62,689 bases of DNA from Pseudomonadota bacterium. GTDB taxonomy: Bacteria > Bdellovibrionota_B > Oligoflexia > Oligoflexales > CAIYRB01. Positions within the stretch are counted from its first letter, which is position 1. Every line of letters starts with the position of its first letter. The notes beneath the pieces are model-generated. The model was not told the DNA's origin and did not search any database. It saw only the letters and a list, made by a program, of their open reading frames with translations. This document shows positions 37,337-48,877 of this stretch, in pieces. Location of the stretch: contig JANOTL010000171.1 in the NCBI GenBank assembly GCA_031416315.1, forward strand, positions 1-62,689, written 5' to 3'. The position numbers and the translations under genes were made by a program.

Positions 37337-37828
37337 TCAGGCTTCCCAGGGCAACCGGGGCCGGTCTGAGAAGAAGGCCTGGTACACCCGAACTGCGTCA
37401 CGGGGCGTATTGAAGAGGCTCAACGGAATGGGCATCGCCAGCTCGTCGGCGCCGAGCAGACGGGTGCCGCCGTTCTTCAGGATATCGATGATCTTGACCT
37501 CGAAGTCGACGAGGTCGGTGCGACCAGCCGCGAGCATGTCTTCCGGACCCGGCCGCGCCTTGAGCCGCGCGAACAGGCCGAAGCGGCCGACGAGCGACAG
37601 GTCGAGCTTCCAAAGGGCGGCGCGCCCCTTCAGCAAATACGAGAAGCAGACGTCGTCGTCGGCTTCCGTCAGCTCCTCGACCACGGCGTAGTCGCGCAGG
37701 CGCTTGATCACCGGATCGTAAGGCCGGCTGCTGAAGCCACGCTTGACGAACGCGAAGTCGGGATTTTCGAGCGAGCCATACGCGGACTGCACGAACTCTT
37801 GGAAGAACAAGGCTTGGTCATGCCCCAT
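37337..37828 (-). CDS. hypothetical protein
   Basis: ATG 37828 overlaps the end of the glycosyltransferase; typical codon usage. Confidence 0.7.
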   Translation of the reverse strand: MGHDQALFFQEFVQSAYGSLENPDFAFVKRGFSSRPYDPVIKRLRDYAVVEELTEADDDVCFSYLLKGRAALWKLDLSLVGRFGLFARLKARPGPEDMLAAGRTDLVDFEVKIIDILKNGGTRLLGADELAMPIPLSLFNTPRDAVRVYQAFFSDRPRLPWEA

Positions 37829-39512
37829 TGCGCTGCGGATCCTGCTCTGAGCTGGCTTCATTCTCGACGTAGCGGACGAGGTACCATTCATGGATGGGAT
37901 TCTTGCATCTCTGCGCGGCATCCCGCGCGGCGGTGTGGGGAATCTCTTGCAACGCGTCCGGCTCGCCTGCAGTGCGACAGTCTCGCAGCTGCGTCAGCGT
38001 CACCGCCACGAACCCAGGCATCCGGGGCGGCACCTCGTCCGTGGTCGCGAGCCAGAAGGAGCCGCGCTTGCGCAAGTCCTCGTAGCTCAACGAGCTCAGC
38101 TCGCGGCGCCGAACCAGCTCCGAGTCGCGCGTCACGCCCGGCCACTGCCGAACCCGACCCTTCTCCGATTGCTCCGACGCGTAAAAGCTTACCATGGAAA
38201 CTAGCTGAAAGCTGTCGCCAAACACAGGCCCATCAAGGGATTCGAGCTTTCGCGCTAGCAGATTCCAGCCATGGGTCTCGTACAGGATGCGGTCGTGATG
38301 CGGGCGCACCGGCAGGATTCCGCCGAAGCGCGCATGCGCCAAAAGCGTCAGGAAAAGGAAGGCGTTGGCAGCCGTCGCACCGACGAGCGCGCGGGGCCGG
38401 GCGAGCGCGAAGGGAAGGAGCAGCACGCCGGCGCCGAGCGCATACATCGCGGACCAGTTCGCCTCGACTTTGGAGATGAGCGCGATCAGGCCGAAGACGC
38501 CGAGCGGAATCACGGCAGAGGCGACGAGCATCGGCCGGGTGCGGGGGTCGACGCCGATCTCGTCGAGACGCGTTCGCCATGCGGCGAAGAAAGGACGTCG
38601 TCGCGTGCGCCAAAGGCCCATCAGAAGGAGTGGCGCGAGAGCGCCCCATATTGCGACCTGACTGCCGTAGTAGCCGACGTAGCGATTGAGAGCTTTGAGC
38701 GCCGGATCGTAGAGTCGCTCCTGCTTTTCGGCCCGCTTCTCCTCTTGCTTCAGCTCCTTGAAGCTTGCCGCGAGTGCCGCCTCGGGGCTCTTGGCGTCGC
38801 GCGGCAAAGGCGACGGCAGCAATTTTCCCGGCATCTCAGGCCGTGCGAGCGCGAAGCCGTGGCGCAGCTGGAAGCGGAAGGTGATCCAGTCGTTTTGCGC
38901 GTTCCATGCAACGTGCGGGACGAACATCAAGAGGGCCGCGATCATTCCGGCCCACGGCCACGGCGAGGCCAGGCCGGTCCGCCGGCGCTCGGCTTTCGGA
39001 ACGGCGAGCGCCGTCCACAGCGCGACGCCGGCGATCAGAAGCATCGTGTACTTCGCGTTCAAGCCGAGCCCGGCGGCGAGCCCCGCCGTGATCCAGCGTC
39101 GCGGGCTCCCCGTCACGGCGTGCGCGAGCTCGTGCAAGGTCAGAGCCCACGCGAAGAGCAAGGGCGCGTCCGGCGTCGACAAGACTCCGAGAATCATTCC
39201 GAGGAGGTTCAAATGCGTCAAAGCGATCGCGCCCGCGAGCGCCGGGCGTGAGCGCAGGCCGACACGCTTGAAGAGGGAGACGGCGACGAAAAGCGTCCCG
39301 ACCCCGACGGCCAAAGTCCCGAGCCGCGCGACCAAGGGGTTGCCGCTCGCAAGCCGCGAGAACTGCGCAACGAGCGCGACAAGCGGAGGGTGGTCGAAGT
39401 AGCCCCAGTCGAGGTACTGCGCCCAAACGTAGTAATAGCTCTCGTCCTGCGTCACTGGCAAGACGGCGGCGCCCAAGATCCAAAGCGCTACGACGAGCCA
39501 GGCCACGGCCAT
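37818..39512 (-). CDS. GT-C glycosyltransferase (GT39/ArnT-like)
   Basis: DESYYYVWAQYLDWGYFDHPPL, TPDAPL, AKYT, many TM helices. Confidence 0.9.
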   Translation of the reverse strand: MAVAWLVVALWILGAAVLPVTQDESYYYVWAQYLDWGYFDHPPLVALVAQFSRLASGNPLVARLGTLAVGVGTLFVAVSLFKRVGLRSRPALAGAIALTHLNLLGMILGVLSTPDAPLLFAWALTLHELAHAVTGSPRRWITAGLAAGLGLNAKYTMLLIAGVALWTALAVPKAERRRTGLASPWPWAGMIAALLMFVPHVAWNAQNDWITFRFQLRHGFALARPEMPGKLLPSPLPRDAKSPEAALAASFKELKQEEKRAEKQERLYDPALKALNRYVGYYGSQVAIWGALAPLLLMGLWRTRRRPFFAAWRTRLDEIGVDPRTRPMLVASAVIPLGVFGLIALISKVEANWSAMYALGAGVLLLPFALARPRALVGATAANAFLFLTLLAHARFGGILPVRPHHDRILYETHGWNLLARKLESLDGPVFGDSFQLVSMVSFYASEQSEKGRVRQWPGVTRDSELVRRRELSSLSYEDLRKRGSFWLATTDEVPPRMPGFVAVTLTQLRDCRTAGEPDALQEIPHTAARDAAQRCKNPIHEWYLVRYVENEASSEQDPQRNGA

Positions 39513-39514
39513 CC

Positions 39515-41758
39515 TCAGACTCCGGTCGCGACGTGGTGGAGGCGGCTCTGCAGGCTGGTCTGGCGGTTGCCGCTCGTCGCATTGCCGACGGAGTAGGCGA
39601 GCGCCTTGCGGGCGCCGACGAAGACGGCGAGCTTCCGTGCTCGCGTGAGCCCCGTGTACATCAGATTGCGCTGGAGCATCACATAGTGGGCCATGCTGCT
39701 CGGCATTACGACGACCGGGAACTCGCTGCCCTGCGACTTGTGAATCGTGATCGCATAAGCCAGACGGAGATCCATAGCGTCCTCGTCCTCATACGTGACG
39801 ACGCGGTCTTCGCCGAAAGAGATCAGGAGCTTTCCGCCTTCGACCCGCGTCTGGCGCACGAAGCCGATGTCGCCGTTGAAGACGCCGAGGTCGTAGTTGT
39901 TCACGACTTGGATGACCTTGTCGCCGGTCCGCAAGGTGACGCCGCCGCGGCGCCATTCGCGGCCGCCGGGCTTCTCCGGGTTGAGAAGGGCCTGCAGCTC
40001 GTCGTTGAGCGCCTGCGTGCCGAGCTCGCCGCGGTTCATCGGCGTCAGGATCTGGACGTCGGTGAACGGGTCAAAGCCGGCCTGCGGCAAACGGCGCGTG
40101 ACGAGGTCTTTGATCTGGCGCTTGATGTCCTCGGCGTCGGCCGCCTCGAGGAAGACGCAGTCGGTCTTCGGGTCGAGCAAAGGCGGCACCTCGCCTTGAT
40201 TGATGGCGTGGGCGGCGCGGACGATCTCCGAGCTCGCCGCCTGACGGAAGATCTGCGACAGACGGGTGTAGGGCACGCGCTGAGAGTCGATCAGGTCGCG
40301 CAGGACGTTGCCCGGCCCGACCGACGGCAACTGGTCGACGTCGCCGATCAGGATCAGCTGCGCCGTCTCGGGGATCGCTCGAATCAAGGCGTCGGCGAGG
40401 CGCACGTCGAGCATCGAGGATTCGTCGATGATCACGGCTTGGACCGTGAGGGGATTGTTCTCGTCGCGCGCGAAGGTGCGCATGTTCGGCACCCACTCGA
40501 GCATGCGGTGGATGGTGCGCGCCGGCGTCCCGGCGACCTCCGTCAGGCGCTGCGCGGCCCGGCCCGTAGGAGCGCCGAGGGCGACCGTCTTCCCCATCGC
40601 CTTCAAGAGGCGAATGATCGTGTTCGCGGTCGTCGTCTTACCGACGCCCGGTCCCCCGGTGAGGATGAAGAGGCGGTGCGTCGCGGCCTTGCGGACCGCG
40701 TCCATTTGCTCCGGTGACAGCTCCGTGCCCGAGGCCTCGGTGTAGCGCTTGATCCAGCCGTCGAGCCGTGGCAGGTCTACGTCGAGCGGCTTGCGCAGGA
40801 GCTTTTCGGTGTAGTGGGCGATGTTCCATTCGCAAACGAGAAGGTCGGCGCGAAAGTGGGCGGTGACGCGCGCGCCCTCGTGGTGCACCTCCTCCGAGAC
40901 GATGGCGCCGACCTCGTTCAGCTGCGCGAGGCAACCGGCGAGGCGGGGGACGATCTGGTCTTCGGTGATTTTAAGAGCGTCGCGAAGAAGACCGACGAGC
41001 TGTTGGCCGGTGACGTAGCAGTGGCCGCGCTCTTCCGCCTGCTGCAGGAGATAAAGGATCGCGGCGCGCACGCGCTCCATCGAATCGGGGGCGATGCCCA
41101 TGCTTTGCGCGATGCGGTCGGCGGAGATGAAGCCGATGCCGTGGATGTCGACCGCCAAGCGGTAGGGGTCGGCGGAGACCGTCTTGATCGCGTCGGTGCC
41201 GTAGATCTTGAAGATACGGGCGGCGAAGAGGGGCGAGATGCCGTGCGAGTTGAGGAACATCATCACGTCGGCGACGCCGCGCTGCTCGTCCCAGGACTCG
41301 ATGATGGCGCCGACTTTCTTCTCGCCGATGGAGGCGATCTCGGCCAGGCGCTGCGGCGTCCTGTCGAGGATCTCGAGCGTTTTGTCGCCGAAGTGCTCGA
41401 CGATCTTCGCGGCCGTCTTCGGGCCGATGCCCTTGATGAGGCCGGAGCCGAGGTAGCGCTCGATCGCCGGACCGGTCGTCGGCCGCACCGGCACGACGCG
41501 GTCGACCTTGAACTGGGGCCCATATTGCGAGTGCCGGCCCCAGGTGCCGAAGAGCTCGAACTGATCGCCGGGGCGGATGGCGGCGAAGTGCCCCGTCGCC
41601 GAGACCATCTTCTCGCCGCCAAGCTCGCGCGCCTTGAAGACGGTCCAGCCGTTGTCCTCATTGCGAAACGATACGCGGTCGATCTCGACGCGGATCTGGG
41701 CCAGCGCGCCGTCGCCGGAAGCTCTTGGGTTGAGGGGGGGATTTTCGCTCTGCTGCAT
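39515..41758 (-). CDS. recD2: ATP-dependent RecD2-like DNA helicase
   Basis: N-terminal OB + HhH (IKGIGPKTA), GGPGVGKT, APTGRAA, DESSM, GDVDQLPSVGPG, TIHKSQGSE. Confidence 0.95.
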   Translation of the reverse strand: MQQSENPPLNPRASGDGALAQIRVEIDRVSFRNEDNGWTVFKARELGGEKMVSATGHFAAIRPGDQFELFGTWGRHSQYGPQFKVDRVVPVRPTTGPAIERYLGSGLIKGIGPKTAAKIVEHFGDKTLEILDRTPQRLAEIASIGEKKVGAIIESWDEQRGVADVMMFLNSHGISPLFAARIFKIYGTDAIKTVSADPYRLAVDIHGIGFISADRIAQSMGIAPDSMERVRAAILYLLQQAEERGHCYVTGQQLVGLLRDALKITEDQIVPRLAGCLAQLNEVGAIVSEEVHHEGARVTAHFRADLLVCEWNIAHYTEKLLRKPLDVDLPRLDGWIKRYTEASGTELSPEQMDAVRKAATHRLFILTGGPGVGKTTTANTIIRLLKAMGKTVALGAPTGRAAQRLTEVAGTPARTIHRMLEWVPNMRTFARDENNPLTVQAVIIDESSMLDVRLADALIRAIPETAQLILIGDVDQLPSVGPGNVLRDLIDSQRVPYTRLSQIFRQAASSEIVRAAHAINQGEVPPLLDPKTDCVFLEAADAEDIKRQIKDLVTRRLPQAGFDPFTDVQILTPMNRGELGTQALNDELQALLNPEKPGGREWRRGGVTLRTGDKVIQVVNNYDLGVFNGDIGFVRQTRVEGGKLLISFGEDRVVTYEDEDAMDLRLAYAITIHKSQGSEFPVVVMPSSMAHYVMLQRNLMYTGLTRARKLAVFVGARKALAYSVGNATSGNRQTSLQSRLHHVATGV

Positions 41759-41943
41759 AGATTAGGAATATCTACAGGGGGGTCTTCCAAGCGTCCAGCG
41801 ACTTGCGATTTATGAGTACGAACCGTGGCTTACGCCTTTTAGGCGGTCCTCATCGAGCGGGCGTAGAATCTAATTTAAGAAGGCTCGGGTCTCCGCCGAA
41901 TCTGGTTGTGACCCCAGTCAAAAGCCTTGGGAGGCCGGTACCG

Positions 41944-42357
41944 ATGCAATTTCAGTTTTCTTTCAAGCACATGGACGTCAGCCCCGCCCTACAGAACTAC
42001 GCCGAGGAGAAGATTCGCGAGCGCATTCAGAAGTTCGTGACGAAGCCGGTGGAGGCCCACGTGGTCTTCTCGGTGATGAAGCACACGCAGACCGCGCATT
42101 TGAAATTCCGCGGCGGCGACGGCTTCGACGTCGAGGTCGAGGAGAGCTCGGCCGACATGTACGCTTCGGTGGACATCTTGGCCGACAAGCTCGTGGTGCA
42201 GCTCAAAAAGCAGAAGGAGAAGCTGAAGGACCACAAGCAGGCGAAGCTGAACGACGTGCTCCAGGTCCTGGACGGGACCGAGGCCGAGAAGGCCAACGCG
42301 GTCGACGCCGCCGAAATCCTCAAATTCGAGGCGGCTCGCAAGCGCGCCCGAGGTTGA
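41944..42357 (+). CDS. hpf: ribosome hibernation promoting factor / RaiA
   Basis: FKHMDVSPALQNYAEEK...DMYASVDILADKLVVQLKKQKEKLKDH; GGAGG SD. Confidence 0.9.
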   Translation: MQFQFSFKHMDVSPALQNYAEEKIRERIQKFVTKPVEAHVVFSVMKHTQTAHLKFRGGDGFDVEVEESSADMYASVDILADKLVVQLKKQKEKLKDHKQAKLNDVLQVLDGTEAEKANAVDAAEILKFEAARKRARG

Positions 42358-42384
42358 TACTGGGATACGTCGTAGGATGAACGG

Positions 42385-42417
42385 ACGGCCGGCTCTCTGA
42401 GCCGGCCGTTCCTGTTT
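42385..42417 (+). terminator. probable intrinsic terminator after hpf
   Basis: ACGGCCGGCTC-tct-GAGCCGGCCGT followed by TCCTGTTT. Confidence 0.55.
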
Positions 42418-42679
42418 GCCTCGAGGTTGGCGTCGTAGCTCGTGCTGAATAGGTAAATTTTACCGCCTGGCCGTCGGGGCCGAGCATGTCGGCCTCGTAC
42501 CGGAGGCGCATGGCGCCGCAGCTCGTCGTCAGACGCGCGGAGGAGCATCCGGGAAACTTTAGCCCAGGTCCCCGATTGGGCAAACCCTGCCGGGGGCTTA
42601 GGTGTGTCTTCGCGTGCTAAAATCAGAACTGTCCCGCCTCATTTCCCGCACTTCGCGAACACTTCAAGAATAGGTAGCG

Positions 42680-44068
42680 ATGCGCCGCTCGGGGAGAAGC
42701 CTCCGACTGACCGCCGGCGCGATCATCATCTGGATGATCGCGGGCGCGCGCGCGTTCGCCGGGGATCTGATCTTTCCGGGAATTCATCCGAAGCTCGGCG
42801 CCGGCGCAGGTCAGACGATCTCGCGCGGCGCGACGGCGGTGTTCTACAACCCCGCGAACATGATCTTCAGCAAATTCATCGAGCCGTTCGTCGATGTCTC
42901 GTTCGCCAAAGTGACGTACACGTATACGCACACGGATACCGAGACCTTTACGCCGGTGACGATCCCGGTGACGACGCCCGCCCTTACCGTCGGGATGACG
43001 ATGCGGCCGATCGACATGCTGTCGCTCGGGGTCGCGTTCTATCCGACGGGGAGCGGCAAGGTCCAGACGATCAACGCGGTGCCGCTGCCGCTTTACAACG
43101 CGACCGACGACGCTTTCAATTACACCGAGCTCGACCTCCTGTCGAAGCAGTCCGGCTACCGGCTGGGGGTCGGCGGCGCCTTCCGCCTCGATTTCCCGAT
43201 CGCGGTCGGGGGCGGCTTGATTCGAAGCTCCGAGAACAATCAGATCGTGACCTTGCTGCCGTTGGGCGAGGACGACGATCCCGAAACGGAGCGGGAGCCT
43301 TTGCTCGACGCCCAATGGGGCGGCGCTTACAACCAGTTCATCGGCGGCATCCGCTCGGAGCTGTTCGATCGCACGATCGCGATCGCCCTGAGCTACAAGA
43401 CCTCCGTCGTGAAGACCTTCACCGGCGACATCGCGCGCCAGGGCGACGCCGAGTATGCCGCGATCACCGCCGTCGGCTACAATCCCGCCGTGATCGGCGC
43501 GGGCCTCGAAGGACGGTTCGGCGCCTTCGGCGTCTACGTCGACTACACGCGCGAGATGTGGAGCAAAGGCCGCTTGATCTACAAGCGCGGCCTTGGCGCC
43601 GATCCGGAGGAGGTCGACTTCAAGGATACGAACAACATCTGCGGCGGGATCAAGTTCTGGGTCGCGCCGAAACATATGCTGACCGCGGCTTTCGGCTCGC
43701 ACGGCGCCAACGTCGGCTTCGGGACCGACCTGGCCGAGGAGGAAGAGGCGGAGCTGCGCGCGCGGGCCGTCGACGCGCAGAAAAAGGGCGGCAACGTGGC
43801 CTTGAAGGGCGCTCTGCAGGACGAGGAAGAAGAAGAGGAGATCGTCTACGATCCCTACATCGGCGGCGTCACCTTCGGCGCGCTCGAGAACATCCCCCGA
43901 ACGATCTTCGCCGGCGGCTATCGCGCGAAGATCCAGGGGAACGGATATCTAGAGCTGGGCGTGCAGTATACGAAGGGGAGTCGGGTGGTGCCGGAAGGGT
44001 CGCAGAGTGAGGGGCTTTATTCTTTGAATGTGATTTTGGTTTCTGCGGGGTTGGGGTTCGGGTTTTAG
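42680..44068 (+). CDS. outer-membrane beta-barrel, FadL/OmpP1-like
   Basis: Signal peptide, ATAVFYNPA hatch motif, amphipathic strands, C-terminal GFGF. Confidence 0.75.
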   Translation: MRRSGRSLRLTAGAIIIWMIAGARAFAGDLIFPGIHPKLGAGAGQTISRGATAVFYNPANMIFSKFIEPFVDVSFAKVTYTYTHTDTETFTPVTIPVTTPALTVGMTMRPIDMLSLGVAFYPTGSGKVQTINAVPLPLYNATDDAFNYTELDLLSKQSGYRLGVGGAFRLDFPIAVGGGLIRSSENNQIVTLLPLGEDDDPETEREPLLDAQWGGAYNQFIGGIRSELFDRTIAIALSYKTSVVKTFTGDIARQGDAEYAAITAVGYNPAVIGAGLEGRFGAFGVYVDYTREMWSKGRLIYKRGLGADPEEVDFKDTNNICGGIKFWVAPKHMLTAAFGSHGANVGFGTDLAEEEEAELRARAVDAQKKGGNVALKGALQDEEEEEEIVYDPYIGGVTFGALENIPRTIFAGGYRAKIQGNGYLELGVQYTKGSRVVPEGSQSEGLYSLNVILVSAGLGFGF

Positions 44069-44090
44069 GGTGGGCTTGAGTGCACCCTAC

Positions 44091-45050
44091 TCACTTAGCC
44101 TGCTTCGCCGCTTCGTACATAGTTCCCACCAACTTCTCCGCCGTCGCCTTCACCTGACTCTCCGCGATCGCCCCAAATCCTTGGTTCTCCACCACGACAT
44201 GCACCGTCGCGAGCAGGTATCCCTGGTCGCCGATCATCACGTTCGCGGTATATAGCGAGAAGTCCTTCACGCCTTGGAGGCCTTCGAGCACATACTGAAC
44301 GTACAAGAAGGCTTTGCCGTCTTCGTCCAGGTCAAACTGCAACGACTTGTTCTTCGACTCCTGAACGACATCTTTCTTGATGCCGGCGACGGCAAGGGTC
44401 TTGGTGACCTTCGAGTAGATCTCCCAGCCGCGCTCGAGATACTTGGTCGAGTCTTTCTCGAGCGTCTTTTCGATTTTCGCCTCACCCTTGGCGTCCTGCG
44501 CCTCGGCGAGCTTGTTGATGTCGTCGGGGTTGCCGCCTTTGGGGCCGACCTTCTCGAAGTGCGCTTTGGGCGTGACGCCGCCCGGCATCTTGATGCCCAC
44601 GGAGAAGTCCGCGGTCGTGTACTTGCCCTCGGAGGTCGGCTTCATCTTCTTGCCGTTCTCGGCGAGCAGCGAAGGCTTGCCTTCGCCGTCGAAAGCTTTG
44701 TCGATCAGGGTGCTCAGCAAAAGCTTCGTGGGGCTGTCGCCATCGCAGAAGCGCGCGTGCATGTCCTTGAGGTCGCCGCCCGCGACCTCGGTCTCGCCGG
44801 CCTTCTTGCACCAGCTGCCGAGGATCTCGGTGTCGCCGCTACCGCCACCGGACTTGCTGCCGCTACCGCTCGCCTTCTTGCTGCCCGACGAGGAGTCGTC
44901 GTCGGCCGCGGCCGCGCTGCTCTTGGCGTTGGCCGATCCCGAGCCGGAGCCAGCGCCCGCCGCATCCGACGTTTTCGCATCGGCGCAGGCCACGGCCAGC
45001 AGGGCTAGGCCCAGGACCGAGATGGCAAGATGCAGGCGTTGGCTAACCAT
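44091..45050 (-). CDS. lipoprotein, hypothetical
   Basis: Lipobox AVAC, Gly/Ser-rich linker, GAGG SD before ATG 45050. Confidence 0.8.
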   Translation of the reverse strand: MVSQRLHLAISVLGLALLAVACADAKTSDAAGAGSGSGSANAKSSAAAADDDSSSGSKKASGSGSKSGGGSGDTEILGSWCKKAGETEVAGGDLKDMHARFCDGDSPTKLLLSTLIDKAFDGEGKPSLLAENGKKMKPTSEGKYTTADFSVGIKMPGGVTPKAHFEKVGPKGGNPDDINKLAEAQDAKGEAKIEKTLEKDSTKYLERGWEIYSKVTKTLAVAGIKKDVVQESKNKSLQFDLDEDGKAFLYVQYVLEGLQGVKDFSLYTANVMIGDQGYLLATVHVVVENQGFGAIAESQVKATAEKLVGTMYEAAKQAK

Positions 45051-45084
45051 GATCGAACCTCTTGAATCAGGCATTGAGTCGCGC

Positions 45085-46182
45085 TCAGAATTCGTCGGAC
45101 AACACCAGCTGGCCCATCTGCGGGTCGCCGGTGTCGGCCACGATGATCTTCAGGTCCTGGTCTTTGAAATACATGATCGTCTTGGGGGACATGCCGAGCT
45201 CGGCGGTCGCCTTCGGCCCGCCGAAATCGTTCTCGATGACGAAGGCGAGGTCGGTCGTGACCGTCGTCTTGTTGGTGCCGTTGTCGAGCGTGAGGGCAGG
45301 GTCGATGGGCGTGATCTTGACGGTGCCTTCGACGGTCTTGCCGGCCGGCACTTTGGGATCGGAGGACGACTCGACCTTGACCGTGGTCTTGAAGGTGCGG
45401 CCGGCGCCGATCTCGGCTTTGTAACGGGAGGCGACGGCTTTCGGCGACACCGCGGTCGGCAGGGCCGGCTCGAATACCAACTTCTTGTTGAAGCCGCCCT
45501 TGTCGATGATCGCCGACTTGGCCGGCGTGATCGTGCAGAAGATGCCTTCCCAGTCCTTGTTGTCGGCGGTGAGCTTCGAGCGCTCGTCGACGCTCATGAT
45601 CTTCGAGATCATGACGCCGCGGTTCGGGGAGACCTTCTCCTGAGCGGTCTGGGCCGCCTTGGTCGGGGTCCCGGTGACCTCGAATTCGGTCTTCTGACGC
45701 GCCTCGCCGAGCGTGGCGGAGATGTCGATGATGACTTTGATCGAGATCTCGTAGGTGCCGGAGATGACGAAGGCGTTGAAGCTGCCGTTGAAGGTCTTCG
45801 GGTAGCTTCTCACGGTCTTCTTGAAGAGCGGCGTGGTCGGGTCGTTCAGCTGCGCCTGGGTCACCCCGCAGTCTTTGAGCAGCTTTGCGATTTCGGCCTC
45901 GGGATCGACTTCCGCTTCGTCGTCATCGTCGTCGTCGTCGTCCGACGGGTCGACGGATTTCTTCACTTTGCTCGCGCCGCTGTCGTCGTCGTCGTCGTCC
46001 GAGGGCTTTGGCGTCGTACTGTCGCTACCTGTCGTCGCGCCGCCCGTCGTCGTGGCGCCCGCCGGTCCCGAAGGCTTCGCCGTGACAGCGGCCTTGTCGC
46101 TGGCGCAGGAATGCAGCGGGACGAGGAGTGCCGCAAGGCCCACCGCGTAGATGCGACGCAGGATGGAATTGTGATCGTTCAT
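45085..46182 (-). CDS. lipoprotein, hypothetical, with poly-Asp linker
   Basis: LHSC lipobox-like motif, Thr/Gly and DDDDDD tracts, globular beta-rich C-terminus. Confidence 0.8.
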   Translation of the reverse strand: MNDHNSILRRIYAVGLAALLVPLHSCASDKAAVTAKPSGPAGATTTGGATTGSDSTTPKPSDDDDDDSGASKVKKSVDPSDDDDDDDDEAEVDPEAEIAKLLKDCGVTQAQLNDPTTPLFKKTVRSYPKTFNGSFNAFVISGTYEISIKVIIDISATLGEARQKTEFEVTGTPTKAAQTAQEKVSPNRGVMISKIMSVDERSKLTADNKDWEGIFCTITPAKSAIIDKGGFNKKLVFEPALPTAVSPKAVASRYKAEIGAGRTFKTTVKVESSSDPKVPAGKTVEGTVKITPIDPALTLDNGTNKTTVTTDLAFVIENDFGGPKATAELGMSPKTIMYFKDQDLKIIVADTGDPQMGQLVLSDEF

Positions 46183-46320
46183 GTCGGGTTACACCTTCTT
46201 CACGGGACTTATCGGTTTTCCCGGCGCGCTCTTTAGGCAAACTGGAAGGTGCCGTAAAAATCCTCAATCTTCGTGTGCTTAGGGCGCGTTTCCGGCGGTC
46301 TCAAAGGAATCTTGGCCAAC

Positions 46321-46350
46321 TGGACAGGGCGTTTCGCACCCCCATACAAT
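46321..46350 (+). promoter_or_regulatory. probable sigma70 promoter of the subtilase gene
   Basis: TGGACA-18 nt-TACAAT, 44 nt upstream of ATG 46395. Confidence 0.5.
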
Positions 46351-46394
46351 AACTAAACGTTCAAAGAAAAATTTGTCGTCCACGGGGAGTCTTC

Positions 46395-48500
<2,106 letters not shown>

Positions 48501-48521
48501 GGGTTGAGCCGAGGTAAGTTG

Positions 48522-48550
48522 AGGCCCCGGGTTCGACCGGGGCCTTTTTT
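48522..48550 (+). terminator. intrinsic terminator
   Basis: AGGCCCCGG-gttcga-CCGGGGCCT followed by a T-tract, just after the subtilase stop. Confidence 0.88.
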
Positions 48551-48608
48551 GTGCCCGGCCGGGAGAACCTTGATTCCAGGGCTCAACCATTCGAGACGTC
48601 GGACGTTC

Positions 48609-48809
48609 ATGGTATACCGTAGCGAACGTGAGGGGCACTCGTTGACGGACGAGAAGGACGACTACTATATGGAGGGGGGGTTCCTCGTCTTCACGGCGAG
48701 ATTCCTCGCGGCCCGCGGGTTTTGCTGCGGCAACGGCTGCCGGCATTGCCCCTATCTGCCGAAACATGGCGGCGCCGACGCGCGATTGGCGCCGCCTGAG
48801 GATCCATAG
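48609..48809 (+). CDS. small Cys-rich protein, DUF5522-like
   Basis: DYYMEGGFLVFT..FL..RGFCCGNGCRHCPY; alternative TTG start at 48642. Confidence 0.8.
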   Translation: MVYRSEREGHSLTDEKDDYYMEGGFLVFTARFLAARGFCCGNGCRHCPYLPKHGGADARLAPPEDP

Positions 48810-48877
48810 ATCCCGTCGCAAGTTCCTGATTTTCTGGCGCTAAAAACTAAACTTTCCGGCGCCGCCAAAAGCGCCTC

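Noticed and set aside
42360..42679. 320-bp gap after hpf as a possible tmRNA/6S/other ncRNA, or a frameshifted minus-strand gene remnant (MRLRYEADMLGPDGQAV / KIYLFSTSYDANLE)
   Set aside because: No tRNA-like ends or recognisable ncRNA motifs, and the remnant reading cannot be supported without a homology search. Only the hairpin is reported.
45915..46000. (TCG)n/(GTC)n trinucleotide runs
   Set aside because: They simply encode poly-Asp linkers in a lipoprotein, and length changes would stay in frame.
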